Below are positions 1-13,101 of a DNA stretch of 64,000 nucleotides, piece by piece. Within the stretch, counting starts at the first letter, position 1. Each line of letters begins with the position of its first letter. Made by a program: the position numbers and the translations under genes. Below the pieces are notes generated by a model. It ran no database searches. It was not told the origin of the DNA and saw nothing but the letters and a program-made list of their open reading frames with translations. This DNA is from Yuukianura sp. NJ FZ-2021 (taxonomy: Eukaryota): NCBI GenBank assembly GCA_046563655.1, contig CM102290.1, positions 14,260,001 through 14,324,000 on the forward strand, read 5' to 3'.

Positions 1-2010
1 CAATACTAAAAACTACACGGCACAAACCAGCCCTTTAATTCTCCAATTCCGATAAGAGTTGGACCAAGACCCAGGCGTTTGGCAAGGTTATTGACCTTGA
101 CCTCGTGACCTCTCCGGATAAACCGAACTTCCGACACGACCGAACCGAATCGTCACGCGGTCCGACTCCATCAACGTTCGACTCGATACTGAACAGTCAC
201 TTGTGTTTGGTGGTCCATGTTCTGGAACTCCTGGAAAAGGGAGCCTCCAAGACGCACACTCTGACAAGGCAAAGATGTGTTTGTGTACTACAAGAACAGC
301 AGACTCATCCCTTCAACCACAACGTTCAATTTTTTTTTGAATTTGGAGCCTCGGAGATTTGAAGACACGGACATTTTTGGGGGCGGGGCTTAAGGGAGCC
401 CTGAGAAATGGAGTAGTGTCAAAGGTTCCCTGCCTCGTGGCTATTAATTACAACAACGCAAAGAGCGTTTTGCTCAAGGCCGTTCCTGTCTTTTCAAAAA
501 TTTAAATGGCGGGAGAATTTGAAAAGTTTGAAAAGATTATCTCCCGTGTTATGCTAAGCTGGCCGGGAATGTGGGCGAAAGCGCGGGAGATTTAAACATG
601 ACATTTGCCCTTTTCCTGCTCTTCGGTTGTGGGAAGAACTAAGAAGCCCTCGGGCTATTAACATTCCTTTGGTTTTTCCAAAAATTTCTTCCTGTCTTTT
701 CAAAATTCTTGAAAAGTTGTGTCTAAAAACTGTTTTTCCAAAAAGTCAAAAGTGTAACAATGACTACGAGGCCTTAAATTTCGATGGTACCAGATCTAGT
801 AAACGTGTTGCGTTACGAAATTTTCTTCTTGATGCAATCTAGCTAAGTCTCAGGAATACCAAAAATTTCATCTTGATGCAATCTACTTAAGTCTCAGGAG
901 CTTTTAATTTTGATATTGCGCAAATTTACTTTATTTACTTTAATGTTGCACAAAATTGCGCAAAGTTGAGCTTTTCATTTTGATGTTGTTGTTGAGCCTC
1001 TCGTGTTTGTTTCATTTCCCTCGACTAGTACTGGAACGTAGCAGGGATAGAGCCATTTCCTGGCACTACAGCGTTCGTTACCATAGGATTTTGGGCCTAC
1101 CCGCCATTTCTATTGTGCACAAAACCTAACAAAAGTTGAGAGCGGGAACAAAAGAGTGCTACCATTTACAAAATATAATGCCTCTGGAAATGGCCTGGTT
1201 CAAATACACAACAAGGCTAAAGAGCCTTATCACCTCAGTCACATTCTTCCCGCTTCTGCACAGACGCAAACATTCAAACATATCAACAGTTGAGACTGGT
1301 GCCAACTCTTCACCACAAAAAAACAAACAACAGTGCCAGAATTTTTGAAAAAAATTGATGCCTTTTGAACTGAAGATGAGTTTTGAGGGGAATTGTGTTT
1401 GAATTTTTTAGAAGATAGGCGCTGGAAAAACATTTGCGTTTCGATCCACCATATTTCATAAAACATATCCGTTTTTTCAGCTTTTTTGAAGAAAAAAGTT
1501 GGCAGAGCTGAGTGTTACATAACAGCGTGTCGTTCGGTATAATTTCATGTTCCAAACACGTTATTTGAAGAGACTGCCATTGACACCTTCCAATATCTAA
1601 CTACCAGATCCAATTTCCGTCACTTTCACTCCTGCCCTTTGCTTATTCCACCCAGGGTTAGTCATTTCCCCGGACATAAACGGGGAGAGGAGGAAATTTA
1701 TACAAATAAATTCAAAAATAATAAATTTGATATATCACGCTTGTGTTTTTTGTTTTAGGTAAGCACCAACTTTTCAAATTTTTGAATTTTCCGCCCCTAT
1801 ACTTAACCAAATGTGAGGTTTGTGTAGTTTCAGAGGTCGAAAGAACAGTGCTTTTGCGGGTCAAATCAAATTAAAATTGCTTTTTGAAAAATTTTGAATT
1901 TCGGAAATCGTTACATACCAATAACAAGTTATCAGTAAGTATGATAAGTACACATTGACTACAGTAAACGTGTTGGTGTAAAAATTTCAAAAATTGAACA
2001 ATTTCAAGTA

Positions 2011-2157
2011 CAGTACATTCTCTAAATAAGAAACTAAAAACCTCAAACCTTTGTCCACTTCCTTTCAGTGAGGCCATTGAAGAAACCTCACTGAGGCCCA
2101 CGACAACAAATGGAAAAAGGGTTGAGGTTTTTAGTTTCTTATTTTGAGAATGACGTG
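2011..2157. mobile_element. Short TA-flanked inverted-repeat element (Tc1/mariner-like MITE)
   Basis: Arms CATTCTCTAAATAAGAAACTAAAAACCTCAA and TTGAGGTTTTTAGTTTCTTATTTTGAGAATG, TA on both sides. Termini resemble those of 51533-52129. Confidence 0.6.
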
Positions 2158-3540
2158 TACTTGGAATATTACTAAATTTATTTTAAAAAATTGAGTAAAA
2201 AAAAATAGTAAAATTTGAATTGGTGCCCAGGATGGGGGGCTGTGTAACCCTGGTATTATTGGGACGGGTTCTGCGGGATTTAGGTTTGTTCAGAAAAAGA
2301 GTGAAGCATGCTAAGTAAATAAAAGGTTTTCCAGGAACATACAAGAACCTTGGCAGAAGGTCAACCTTTGACCTTTGACCTCTGGTCTTGTCTGTGATGG
2401 CCATCTCGAGTCCAATTCCTCCTTGAATTGACAGGACTTTGGAGGAATGTAGGCTGCAGACGGAGAAAAACCAATCAAATGTAAAACTTGTTGTTGGTGG
2501 CAAGAGAAAGTCTAAATCAAAGTCTCCCGCTCTTTTTTCTCCATTTTATGATTCTCCAGAGGTTCCCTTGATTGCTTCTTCGGCAAACCCAAGAAACTGA
2601 AAGTGATTTAGGAGAGGGGCATAACGTGGCGTTCAAAGACAACCAATAGTTACTCCCTCTGCTCAAAACCCTACGAACCAATTAAGACTTGGAGAGGGAC
2701 TTAATCTGGATATTTACGGAGCTTAAGGGCCTGTCTTCGCTACTGAGAACACACAACAACCATTTTCTCCAATCAACCACGTACAATCACCCACTAAATA
2801 CTTAGTGTAGTGTCGAAAAGCTAAGTAGTGGCCTAACGAACCTAACGAAAAAGGCGGGGAAAAAAAATAGACAAAAAACAAGTTGCACTCTCAAAAAAAA
2901 TTTACGTTAAAAGGCGTTGATATGCCGAGATTCGAATTTTTACATCTTACAAATGTTTTTTTCAGGAATGAAATTTGCGTTTTTTCGAAAAGTGGTGAAA
3001 GCGGTGAAAGTTTTTTTAAGTGCTTTCGAAATGAAAATTAGTGTTTTTCAAAACAAAATTTTGTTGTTGTTGTCCAAAATCGTTTTCTTTTTGAAAATTT
3101 GAATGTTGCACGTACTAGTGCTTGTAGGAGCAACAAAGAATAAAATGTTGCGCAATTTATTGACAACTTTTGGCGCCAATTTGGAACAACCGATTGTGTT
3201 TGTCTGCTTGGATGGATTATGGATTATGAACGATTATCTGTAATGACGGAAACCAAGAGGAGGATTATGTTTAGGTTGTTGTTGTAGCGGTGTAACGGTT
3301 TTCACGGTTTTAGTTGTAACGGCGTAGTCACTGAACCAAATACTCTTGGTTTACAAAGCTTATCCCAAGAATTGGAAAATCTAACGCTTGTGACAGAGAA
3401 GCCCGACAAGAGAAAGTGACGGAAAGCTTTTGAAATTCCCGCTTTGTGGAGAAGGCAATGGAAGATCATTAGGAGAGGCTTTGAGCTATCATGTCACTTC
3501 TTCAAAGACAATATGGTGATTAAGTACTAGCACTTATGGT

Positions 3541-3827
3541 CAAGGTTTGTTGACTTTGATTTTCTTTAACAGGTTGAGTAATACCTGACGTTTTTTTTGG
3601 ATTTTGCAAAAAAAAAAGTGGTCTTTCATTTCCGGGCGTCGTAGTCATAACAATACAGCCGAATTTTTTAAATTTTACATTCAAATTGGCACCAATTTTT
3701 TGTATTGGTACCGATTTTCGTGTTCTTTTCAACATTTTTACTGATTTTCTTTTTTTTTTTCTGTCAACAAGCGAGGTAGTACCCTACCTGTTAAAGAATA
3801 TTAACTTTTCGTTGTCAAGAAACCTTG
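3541..3827 (+). mobile_element. hAT-type MITE, CAAGGTT family
   Basis: Termini CAAGGTTT...AAACCTTG, internal inverted TTCTTTAACAGGT/ACCTGTTAAAGAA, perfect 8-bp TSD CTTATGGT (3533-3540, 3828-3835). Confidence 0.9.
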
Positions 3828-4849
3828 CTTATGGTTAGCCTGACTTATGTTGGTAAGGCTACTTTTTTCTTAAATTTTTTCAAAGCGGTTACCTTGGTGA
3901 TGGAACACTAGTTATACCACGTTACACCGACTTGTTTTTGATTAGAGAGAATTCTGTACGATTCGTGCTAACTATTGATCTTATGTTATGAAACCCGCCT
4001 TCTTCTTTATTCTCTTTTGTCATGGGGGAAGTGTCACACATGCTGAAATTAGACTTCCCAAAGTCCCAGTGCTTCCCATCTATTACAAACATCATTACAG
4101 GAATACTGCTGCAGCATCTGACGCTTCCAAGAACTTAGACTTCCACAGAATCCTATCATTTTCACTTTGGTCAACAAACATAAGCAAACAGAATGAATAG
4201 AAGACGCAGATTGTTTCTCGGAAAAGTGATTGACGGATGAGCTTTCACCGAAATTTATTTTTGGAAAAAGATTTAACACTTAGTTAAAATTTACAAGACA
4301 AAAATTAGCACCGAAAATGGAGAACACTAAAAAGTTTCTGTAAGGGAATTAGCGTTAAGCGGGGAATTTAAAACAAGTGGCTCGTGCTAACTCAAGGTTG
4401 TTTGGTGGAAGGAATTTGTTTATAGTTTGAAATTTTGAAAATTTGCGGTCACTAAGCTTTGATGTTTGTTGCATGCTGCCCCCATGCACTTCCCCACCCT
4501 AACACTTTGTTATATTGAAGTGAGTGTTTAGAATGGGGGAGGAGGGGGGCTTGCTGTTGCTGGACGAGAAGGAATTCCTTATTAGTGGAAATGGGAATGT
4601 GCCTATTTTGAAGTCACAATTGGAGCGGCACAAGTCTTTTTTTTACATAGTTGTTGGGATAAGTGGACTCAATTCAAGATTCCACTTTCAAAAGTCTTCC
4701 AGAGACAGGGTTTGCCGATCCCCCTACCACCCACTCCACAATAAATTTACTACGCAACAGTTTCAAAAGTTACTCAAATCCTGAAATGAAATCTCGTGTC
4801 GAGCATTAACCAGATAAAAAACGAACGAGTTTATCTCAAACACCCTTCC

Positions 4850-5330
4850 AACATATACCACATAAACCATATACACACATATCATATATCATGTCATACT
4901 AGATATCAAGCATACCATATAGCATACGTGCCATATACCATGCATACTATATACCACACACACTATATACCATACATGCCATATACTATACGTACCACAT
5001 ATGTTGAACACCATATACCATGTAATGTTGCATAGCATACCCACTTTACATTGTATACCTACCGCATAGCCAGTGTTGCTGGATGGATAAAATATTTTTT
5101 CATCTACATCAAAATAGGTGGAAGTATCCCGAAGTATCCACGTATATCCAATTTATCCAGCCATTTCTACCGGATAAAACGGGATGAAATATATTATCCA
5201 CTGGATGAAACGTCAAAAAAGTGGATATCCAGCAACACTGCACGTACCACACATCATACATGCTACAGCCATATACCATATACTCGTGATATACTATACA
5301 TAACATACCCCATGTATACAGTGTACTATG
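4850..5330. repeat. Degenerate ACCATAT/ACAC-rich low-complexity repeat interrupted by a MITE
   Basis: Repeated CCATATAC/CATAC/TACC motifs on both sides of 5071-5240. Confidence 0.7.
5071..5240 (+). mobile_element. MITE with TIR CAGTGTTGCTGGAT
   Basis: Perfect 14-bp TIRs CAGTGTTGCTGGAT/ATCCAGCAACACTG with GGATA/TATCC-rich interior. A diverged inverted copy lies at 63577-63738. Confidence 0.8.
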
Positions 5331-7839
5331 CACCCTGTCGGTTAATCTGCAGATACCCAGTTGTAGGCGTGTAGCCAGAAGGTAGTGAACCCTGGTGGGT
5401 AGTGTAGAAGTGGAGCAGGCTGTTGTGGGTGACTGAGTCATCTTAGGGCGTTTTGATGCCCGTGACAAAGTGTCTTTAATTCAGAGTAAATAAACCAATT
5501 AAAGGAAGTACAACCACCACCAACACACAACACAATGCATTCCTATTTCCAAACATTCTGGAAGTTGACCTCTTGCTCACAGCTTACAAAGAGGTCAACC
5601 AACCACCACAACAACACTTACAACCAAATTACTCTTTGCTTAACTTCAAAAGAACTTCACTCTCTCCCATTTCTATCCATTTTAATTCCCACTAAAAATA
5701 TTTTCACACCATTTCAAAAATTAAACAAAAATCTTTTCACTCGTCAGTTAAAACTTCAAAAACAAACTTTTTACAAATCACATTTGTAGATAAAATTCAC
5801 AAAAAATTACAGAATGAAAATTAATATTTTAAGTTTCCCGGTTTCACTCACTATTAGCAACCTAATGTAGCACCCTAGCAACCTTATCTAAAACCCTAGC
5901 AACGTAAAATAACACCCTAGCAACCAACTGGACGAAGACACTTGAAGTCATGAATCCTTATGTCATTCGACTCCTGGGAAAAGATCTGCGTCTTCCCTGT
6001 TTACTTTTTGAAGAGTCGATAATTCTGGACTGCTGCTCGTTGTGTGTGAAAGTTTGGAGAAAGTGGGGCTTTCTCTCCAGCCCACAAAACTAAGCTAAGC
6101 TGAGTCCCCTGGTATGCTGTCGGAGTGGAGCTGGAGCTGGAGTGCGCAGAAGCGGCCGCGGGATCGATCCCCGCTTGCCACATGGGCTTTAGCCTAATTG
6201 AGTCCCTTCCTGGGACACTCCATGCTCAACGCAGGACATGAAAAACTTGAGAAAGTTACACTTCAGACGTCCAGAGAGCAGAGTCGGCTGTTGCCATGGA
6301 GATGCTGGACAGGAACTTGACCTCTGACCTTGAGCTTATAACGAATCCTAAACTCAAGCAAGCTGTAACTTCCTATCTCACAGCCTACTTTTTTTTGAAA
6401 AAAAAGTTTCGAAATTTTGGAAATAAACACGAGTTTAATAAAAACAGAAGAAAAAGTGAATAATTTAAAGGAAATTTGCAAGAATTTAAAAATCTAAGGC
6501 TCAGTGATGGCTTAAATTTTGAATAGAGAATTTGGGACATTGTGAGAATTTCAAAAATTCTGCGGCTCATGTTAAAATTTTGAGTAGAAAACTTGGGGTA
6601 ATGCGAGAATTTTAAAAATTTGAGGTCAAAGGTCAATTTTTTGGGTATGCTAAGTTGTGTTAAGAATTTGTTGAGGTGAGGTTAGTTGGAAGCAGGGTGG
6701 AATGACCTCTGTGAGAAAGTTGGAATTGGTTTGACCTAGTTTTGAGCCTAGCCTAATCTTAGCCTAACCAAAAAGTTACGTTAGGTTAGCCTAACCAAAG
6801 CTAATGAAAAGTTCGCTTTGAGCCCTTTTCCTTGTCCTATTTCCTTCAAAGTGTACCTTTAATTGCTTTGAGCTTTGAACAGGATCTGAAGGCTTTGCAC
6901 AACTTTTCGAGAAAAAAAAAACCGCCTAAGGCCTCAAGATACAAAATTTTCCCGGGGAATTTCAAACATCGGAAGCACTTTTCCCACGCTGCTTTTTGTT
7001 CGTAATTTCGGAGGACGGAGAATTTTGAAAATAAAATCCAAATATTTACTGAACTTGTGCTCATTTCAACGGAAATGAAAACCTGCAACGAGCTTACATA
7101 ACCCGGTTTTGAAATTTTGAAAAAAAATGTGGGAATTTAAAATGAAAAGATAAATTTATTGTCTCATTTTTAATTAAACTTTGAAATAGCTTAAATTTCC
7201 AGCTCCGAAATTTGAAATGACCACAACGCTGTATTAGACTCAGAACTTTAGAAAATTGGATTTCATAAATCACTTTCCAACTTTATGAGGTTTTCCGAGA
7301 ACCTAATCTTCGAAGCCAAAAACCTAATGAACCTAACGTAAAACCTAATGCTCAGGCTAACTTTCTCCAAAAACCTACCCTGGAAGTCTCCTTTTCAAAA
7401 GGATAGTCAGAGCGCCCTCTGTTTTAGAAAAGTTCAAACTCCGCATTCCCGTTTCTCTTGACTTTTTCAAAATTTTGACCAGAAGATGGAGCTTTCAGTC
7501 TCTTTTTCAACTCAAAATCTACAAAAAGTGAAATTTGAAAATCGATTTTTGCCGCCGCTGCTCCTCGTGTGCCCTTGCAGCAGCCCCCAGGAATTTTTGT
7601 GGCTCAGAAAGTGAAAGTGGCATTTGTCCATTCAAGGTCACTTTCTCCCTTTCTCCATTCAACTACTCGATACTACAGTTTAGGAGGTTTGGTGGGGCAG
7701 GGGGAGCCACCATGGTGGGTTCAACTAGCCCCACCGTGACCTACATTCCTTTTCGTTTGTATTTATGTATCAAAATTTCACCAGATTTCTGTTTTAATCT
7801 GAAATTTACTTATTTGGCGTTCACAATTTACGTAAGCCC

Positions 7840-8149
7840 AAGATTCCTATTGCAAAATAATAGTTTTTCTTTAACAGGTTAGGCAATAAGTTCCCGTTTT
7901 CACAAATCCTTGTTGGAAACATTTTTTCCCTCTGATTTTCCTCTGAATTCTTTTTGTGCAAGAATTTAAAAGTTTGCACTAACCGGAACGTCCGAAATTA
8001 AGAAATGAAAAGTTCGGAGGAGAATTTTCGAGGGAAAAGAGAGTTGCTGATATGCGTTTTAATTTTTGAAATTTCGAAGAGACAAAAATAAAAAAGCGAC
8101 CTATTACCTAACCTGTTAGAGAAAAAACTATTTTCTTGTTTATGAACCT
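7840..8149. mobile_element. Diverged CAAGGTT-family MITE
   Basis: Internal inverted TTAACAGGTTAGG/CCTAACCTGTTA. Flanked by direct repeat GTAAGCCC (7832-7839, 8150-8157). Confidence 0.65.
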
Positions 8150-8537
8150 GTAAGCCCGTGAACTAAATTTTGGAAAAAATACTGAAAAAAATTTCCCCTC
8201 CTTTTTTTTAATTGCTCGGAAATTTTTTTTGAATGTTTCTATTTATTCCGTGAACCCATGTGTGTTATTGACGTAGTTTGTGAACGTTTTCATATCAAAA
8301 AATGTATAAGTTGTGAACATCAAAGGTAAAAGCACAAGAAGGAGAAGATTTGAAACTACTTTTTAGCCATAAGCAGAAGCACAGAAGCGTCTAAGCAGCA
8401 AATCAGCTTGAAAGCACACAGAATCTCAAGGGGTCACACCGTGACCTATGACCTTTTGACACATAGGAGGAGTGGTTAGTTCAGCCGGGGGTGGGTGGGG
8501 GCGAAAAAAAGACAAAGTTGGTGGAGTTTTGACTTAC

Positions 8538-8950
8538 CCGCCGGAGGGGGGGCCTTTGCCCCCCCGCATGAGGGGGGTCTTGGAACTCGTTGCTAGGATA
8601 CCGTTGTGACTCTTGATGGACGTCGTGTCCTTGTTGCTGCTGTTTCCGTCTCCAAGGATACCTTGAAGGCTCTCTTCATCTCCACCAGCGTCCTTCCGCT
8701 TCTTGCGACAGCAGTAGAAGAGAATGTAGGCAAAGCTCATGATGACGCCGAGGGCTACTGCGAGGAGAATGACGGTACTCGGCGAACTAGCGCCCATCCT
8801 CGGCACTTCCGAACCACTCCGAGGACCTGCAGTGTCCAAATCATCCGAAGATCTGTTACAAACTCCACCAACTAGCTCAAAGCCACCAACTGCCCCACCG
8901 GCCCCACCTTGGGTGGGACACGGCTCAGCCCCTTGGCTTCTAGCGGCCAT
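8538..8950 (-). CDS. Probable coding exon of a single-pass membrane protein (downstream exons unresolved)
   Basis: GC-rich ORF in an AT-rich background, starting at ATG 8950. Hydrophobic stretch VILLAVALGVIMSFAYILFY followed by CCRKKRK (positive-inside rule, possible palmitoylation). Ends at a strong donor GG|GTAAGT. Confidence 0.6.
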
Positions 8951-9913
8951 TTTCTGACTAAAGCTTCTACGGTTCTGAGCTTCTAAGAGTATACAAAACA
9001 CTGTGGGCGTGGCTAACTAACAAACTACGTAACGTATAACAATCTCACTCGAAGCAATTCTACTGGACGTCAAAGGTCAATCATCAACTCGGAGGTCAAA
9101 GGTCAACTTGGAGGTCAAGGTCAACACGAATATAGTTTTGTATTTTGGGGGAAAAAGATAATGTCACATTTCACATTTAAAAAAAAAACTTTCACTTAAC
9201 TTTCCGCTGCAAAGAATTTGGAAATTTGCAGGGACATTTTTCAAGTTTGGTGTTCCGTGTTGTTTTTTGGAGAAAAAAATCTTTTTTTGAGAATTTTTCT
9301 AAAAAAACGAAAATTTTAAAAATATTTTATGCCAAATATGTTTTTTTTACAAAACGGAGAGGAAATAGCGGAATGGGGCGAATTGAGACTCGCGAAATTT
9401 GTTTACACTGAACATCAAAAACGGGAGAGAACTTTGTGTGCAAGAATGTTTCATATTTTCAAAAAAAAAATTCTTTTCAATTTTTTTTTTTCAAAATTTC
9501 TGTCGGTGGTATGACCTTGTTCCAGAATCTTGGTAGTAATGAATAAGTTGAGAGGCGGAGCGGAAACTTTGAAAATTAAATGAGACTGTTTCTGCTTCTC
9601 GAGAGCAGCATCACCAGCATCTCCTGTTTTCTCGCTCTTTTGTTAAGCGTCTCAGTGCTAGAAGCCTTTAGTCTAATGACCTCAACTCCCGAGAGGTCAA
9701 CTCTCTCCTTGTGTCGATTTTTGAAAAGACGCTGTTTGAACAAGTTTGGACAAGGATGTTCAAACAGGATTGAGAGAAGAACAAAGTTAAGCGGATTTGG
9801 CCTATTAGTCGGATCGCTGTCCAGCGTCCGTGTTTCTACACTTGTCCTTTGTGTGATCCATTGTTCAGCGGCTAAGTTCTCCTTGGGAGGGGCTGTTACA
9901 AGCATAGATGGGC

Positions 9914-10112
9914 ATCCTCAAAGAGGACGTCCTCAAATCCTCTATCCTCAATCGATTACCGATCCTCAAGTACTCTTCTCCTCTATCCTCACTCGATTTC
10001 TAGTCCTCAAATCTTCAAAACCTCATCCTCTTTGGTATCCCAATCCTTAAAACCTCAAATACTCTATCCTCAATCCCAATAATGTCCTCAAATCCTTAAA
10101 CCTCTATCCTCA
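9914..10112 (+). repeat. Left subterminal (A)TCCTC motif array of the hAT element
   Basis: Many TCCTC/ATCCTCA motifs directly inside the left TIR. Typical position of hAT transposase-binding arrays. Confidence 0.85.
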
Positions 10113-10249
10113 ATTAAGTGAAAATAACTATATATAAAGTTTGGTTCACCAAGTCAATTTTATTTCAGACTAATATTCAATTTAATTAACCAAAAAGCCC
10201 ATAACCATTAAGTCAAGCCTTACCAAAGGGATTCAAACAGTTGTAGCAA

Positions 10250-13101
10250 TTAGGCTGAACAATCGCGATTGTTATTGGAATTTGTGTTAAGCAGATGTTG
10301 GCGTATCATTAACACTTTTTCCAAAAGCCTAACGGTTATCCGAGACCTTCTTGATCTTCCCAAAGCTCCAGCAATGGAAAACAAGCGTTCAACTGAACCG
10401 GATGTAGCTGGAATCACTAAGTACACTGAAGCTAGACGCGCCAATATTGGAAAAGTCTTTTCGTGAGCATCCCAGAAGTGAAGAGGATTCTTAGAGTATG
10501 CCTGTAATGGAAGCTTCAAATATTCGTCTATTTCTACGAATGTGGTATGGGCTTGCGTCCCCGCAATTTCTCCAACGTAGTCAAACATATTTCCTGAGCG
10601 TCTCCGTTTTGGTGCAGGCTCAGCATCAACGGAACAGCCGGACTGCTTATCGCTTTCGTTTGTCCCAGAGCCACACGTCACAATCGTTTCTTCTTCTTTA
10701 AAATTGCGCCGAAGCATTTCCAGTACACTAGCTTCATCCGGTAGCTTTTTACAAACTGTGACTGGCAAGGAGTCGGTTCCTGTTAAAATAAAAAAAATCC
10801 GAGTTAACCTACGCTTAAACAATCGCGATTGTTACTACAAACTTTTAAATGCAGTCGTCTTAATCCTTGGGTCCAGCAAAGTAGCCATGATAAATGACTC
10901 ATCTGAAAAGGCATCGATGGTGACTATATGTCGCCGTTTTCCGTCTTTATGTACAGCTTCCCCTTTGTCCTGATTTGTCGTAAAACGAGTAATAACTGAA
11001 TTAAGGATAGCATCTCTGAATTCCAGTAAGTCTTCGGCCTCGGAAAATTCCTCGTCACATTGTAATTCCACGCACCCTAGAATAAACATAAAGTTAACTT
11101 TCACTATAGCTAACTTCTGCTAAATGTAACTCACTTTTTATGGCACTGAGTAGTCCAAGAATAACTAAAGATGATGTCACACCGTCCGCTTGAATGTCAT
11201 CAGTGAGTTCGGCAAATGGTTCCAAAACGAGAGTCATGAAGCTTATAACCAGTATCTCGTCATCTGTTATATCTTGTGGAATGTTCTTTTTTTGCTTTCC
11301 TTTCACAGCGCGTCTCGCATTTGCTAGCACGCTGTTCACACTTCCAATTACATTAACCTACCAGAATAAAGCAAAGTGATCAATCGCGATCAATTCAGGG
11401 CAATGGAACAATCGCGATTGTTTAGAAGGTGGCATACCTCAGCGCGGTTCTCCCCAATGAAACGTTTCAGACAGTGGTAAAGCGAATTCCATCTGGTTAC
11501 ACAAGGCTTCAGCAATGAAAGTCCGTTGGTACATTTTCGGAGCATTGAGTTCCATTTTGTGCTATGATGAAAGAAATTAACGATACTGTTGATCTTTTTG
11601 ACCGCTCGCTTAACAACTTCACATGTGTTCATTCCATCTTTAATTGCCAGCTGTAGAAGGTGTGCGAGGCAACCGTTACGTTTGAAGTTTTCTTTGACGA
11701 GAAATGGGCTTTGTGTAACCGGATCTTGAATGTTCGGTTCAACGTCTTCCAGCCCAATGTCTAAGGCTTCAAATGAATCGTCGTCGGACAAAATCAAGTA
11801 CTCATCTAGTTCCTCCAGCATCTCATCTTCGATTTCATCAATTTCATCCTCGTCGATTAACTCAATAGAATTTAGCCCAACTTCAAGTTCCGGCATTTTT
11901 AGAGCAGCCAGTACGTTTGCTGCATTGTCGGCTGTGATGGACGCAATCTATTAAAAAACAATCGCGATTGTTATGGTGCAGCTGCATAATTACTGTTAGT
12001 AGGCTGTAGAGACTAATCAAAAATATTACCTGTTCCTGTCTCAGTTTATATATGTCGCCGAGATTCCCTTGAATCATAGTTTTAATATTCTCAGCAGTAT
12101 GAGAATCATTAAAACTTTTAAAAAGAAGAACCTCTTGGAAAATTTTCCAGTTTCTCATGTACCTCAGCTGCACACCAATAACCGATTCCTTCTGCTTGGT
12201 TGACCAAATATCAAAAATGAGATGACAGGATTTTTCAGGTAAGAGAGACACCGTTGATTGGAGGTTTACCAGGATCTGTGTTTAAAACTTTTTTTCAGAA
12301 TGGTAGTAAATTATACGTAACAATCGCGATTGTTAAAAATTGTACTACCTTTCCATGGTCCTGTATAATCTTTCGAGTAACAGTACGCCTGCTGGGAATT
12401 CGAAGTTTTGGGTCCAAAGAGTTTATGAGATTCCGAAATCCAGGCGTGTCGACGATAGGAAATGGGACACTGTCTGTAACAATGAAATGACGCAGATTAT
12501 TTTCAAACGCAAGTTGTTTCACGTCCGTTGACTTGTAGTAGTCAGCGGTACAAGTCGACTGAATCGGAAACGGAATAATTTGGTTAGAATTTTGTTCCGT
12601 TGATCCTGGTTTGTTATGCCGGATGTGCCCCAAGTATTTTTTGTTGACCTCAGGATGTGTCTGGAATTCAGTAAGAAAATATGTTTACAGTCCACAGACG
12701 AAAACTCATCCTAACGTATTTGCCATATAAAACAATCGCGATTGTTTCCTTACCTCCAGATGTCTACTGAAGTTATGACTTCCCCTGCCAATGATTCCTT
12801 TATGGTTTTGTTTGGCTTTGGATTTAACACACTCCCTGCATTTCATCACAACCTCAGCAGTTCCTGTAGTTTTCTTTCCAGTGTATTTGACAAATTCAAA
12901 AAAAGGTTGAAGCGACAAGATCCAGGAAGGGTACTTAAGGTCATTTTGTGTTTCAGCGTCAGGAACACCACCAGTAACTTTCTTGTAACGTAGACGGTTG
13001 ATAACTTTTGCAGATGACGAAGATTCGATTTCTTGTACTTCCTCGTCATTAATCACGACAGGACCAAACTCGAGTGTTGCCTGTTTTAAGTTCGACGACA
13101 T
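10250..13101 (-). CDS. hAT transposase with BED zinc finger, DDE core and C-terminal dimerization domain; 7 exons, ~800 aa, apparently intact
   Basis: Exons 13101-12754, 12660-12349, 12275-12030, 11947-11438, 11357-11135, 11076-10843 and 10779-10250 join through GT-AG introns into 2403 nt without stops. Motifs: BED-like CREC...SHNFSRHLETHP, FDIWS (D1), ITADNAAN (D2), CLAHLLQL (CxxH), TRWNS, LLDPRIK, PLHFW...FPILARLA...IPATSGSVERLFS (E, hATC region). Confidence 0.95.

Noticed and set aside
4796..5374. His/Tyr-rich ORFs
   Set aside because: Low-complexity repeat plus a MITE, with no splice or protein-family support.
8538..8950. Synaptotagmin assignment for the membrane-protein exon
   Set aside because: TM plus CCRKKRK is suggestive, but no recognisable C2-domain exons were found downstream.
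9576..10050. ORFs spanning the left transposon junction
   Set aside because: They cross the TIR or start within it and have no recognisable domain. Reconstructing the empty site gave no convincing gene.
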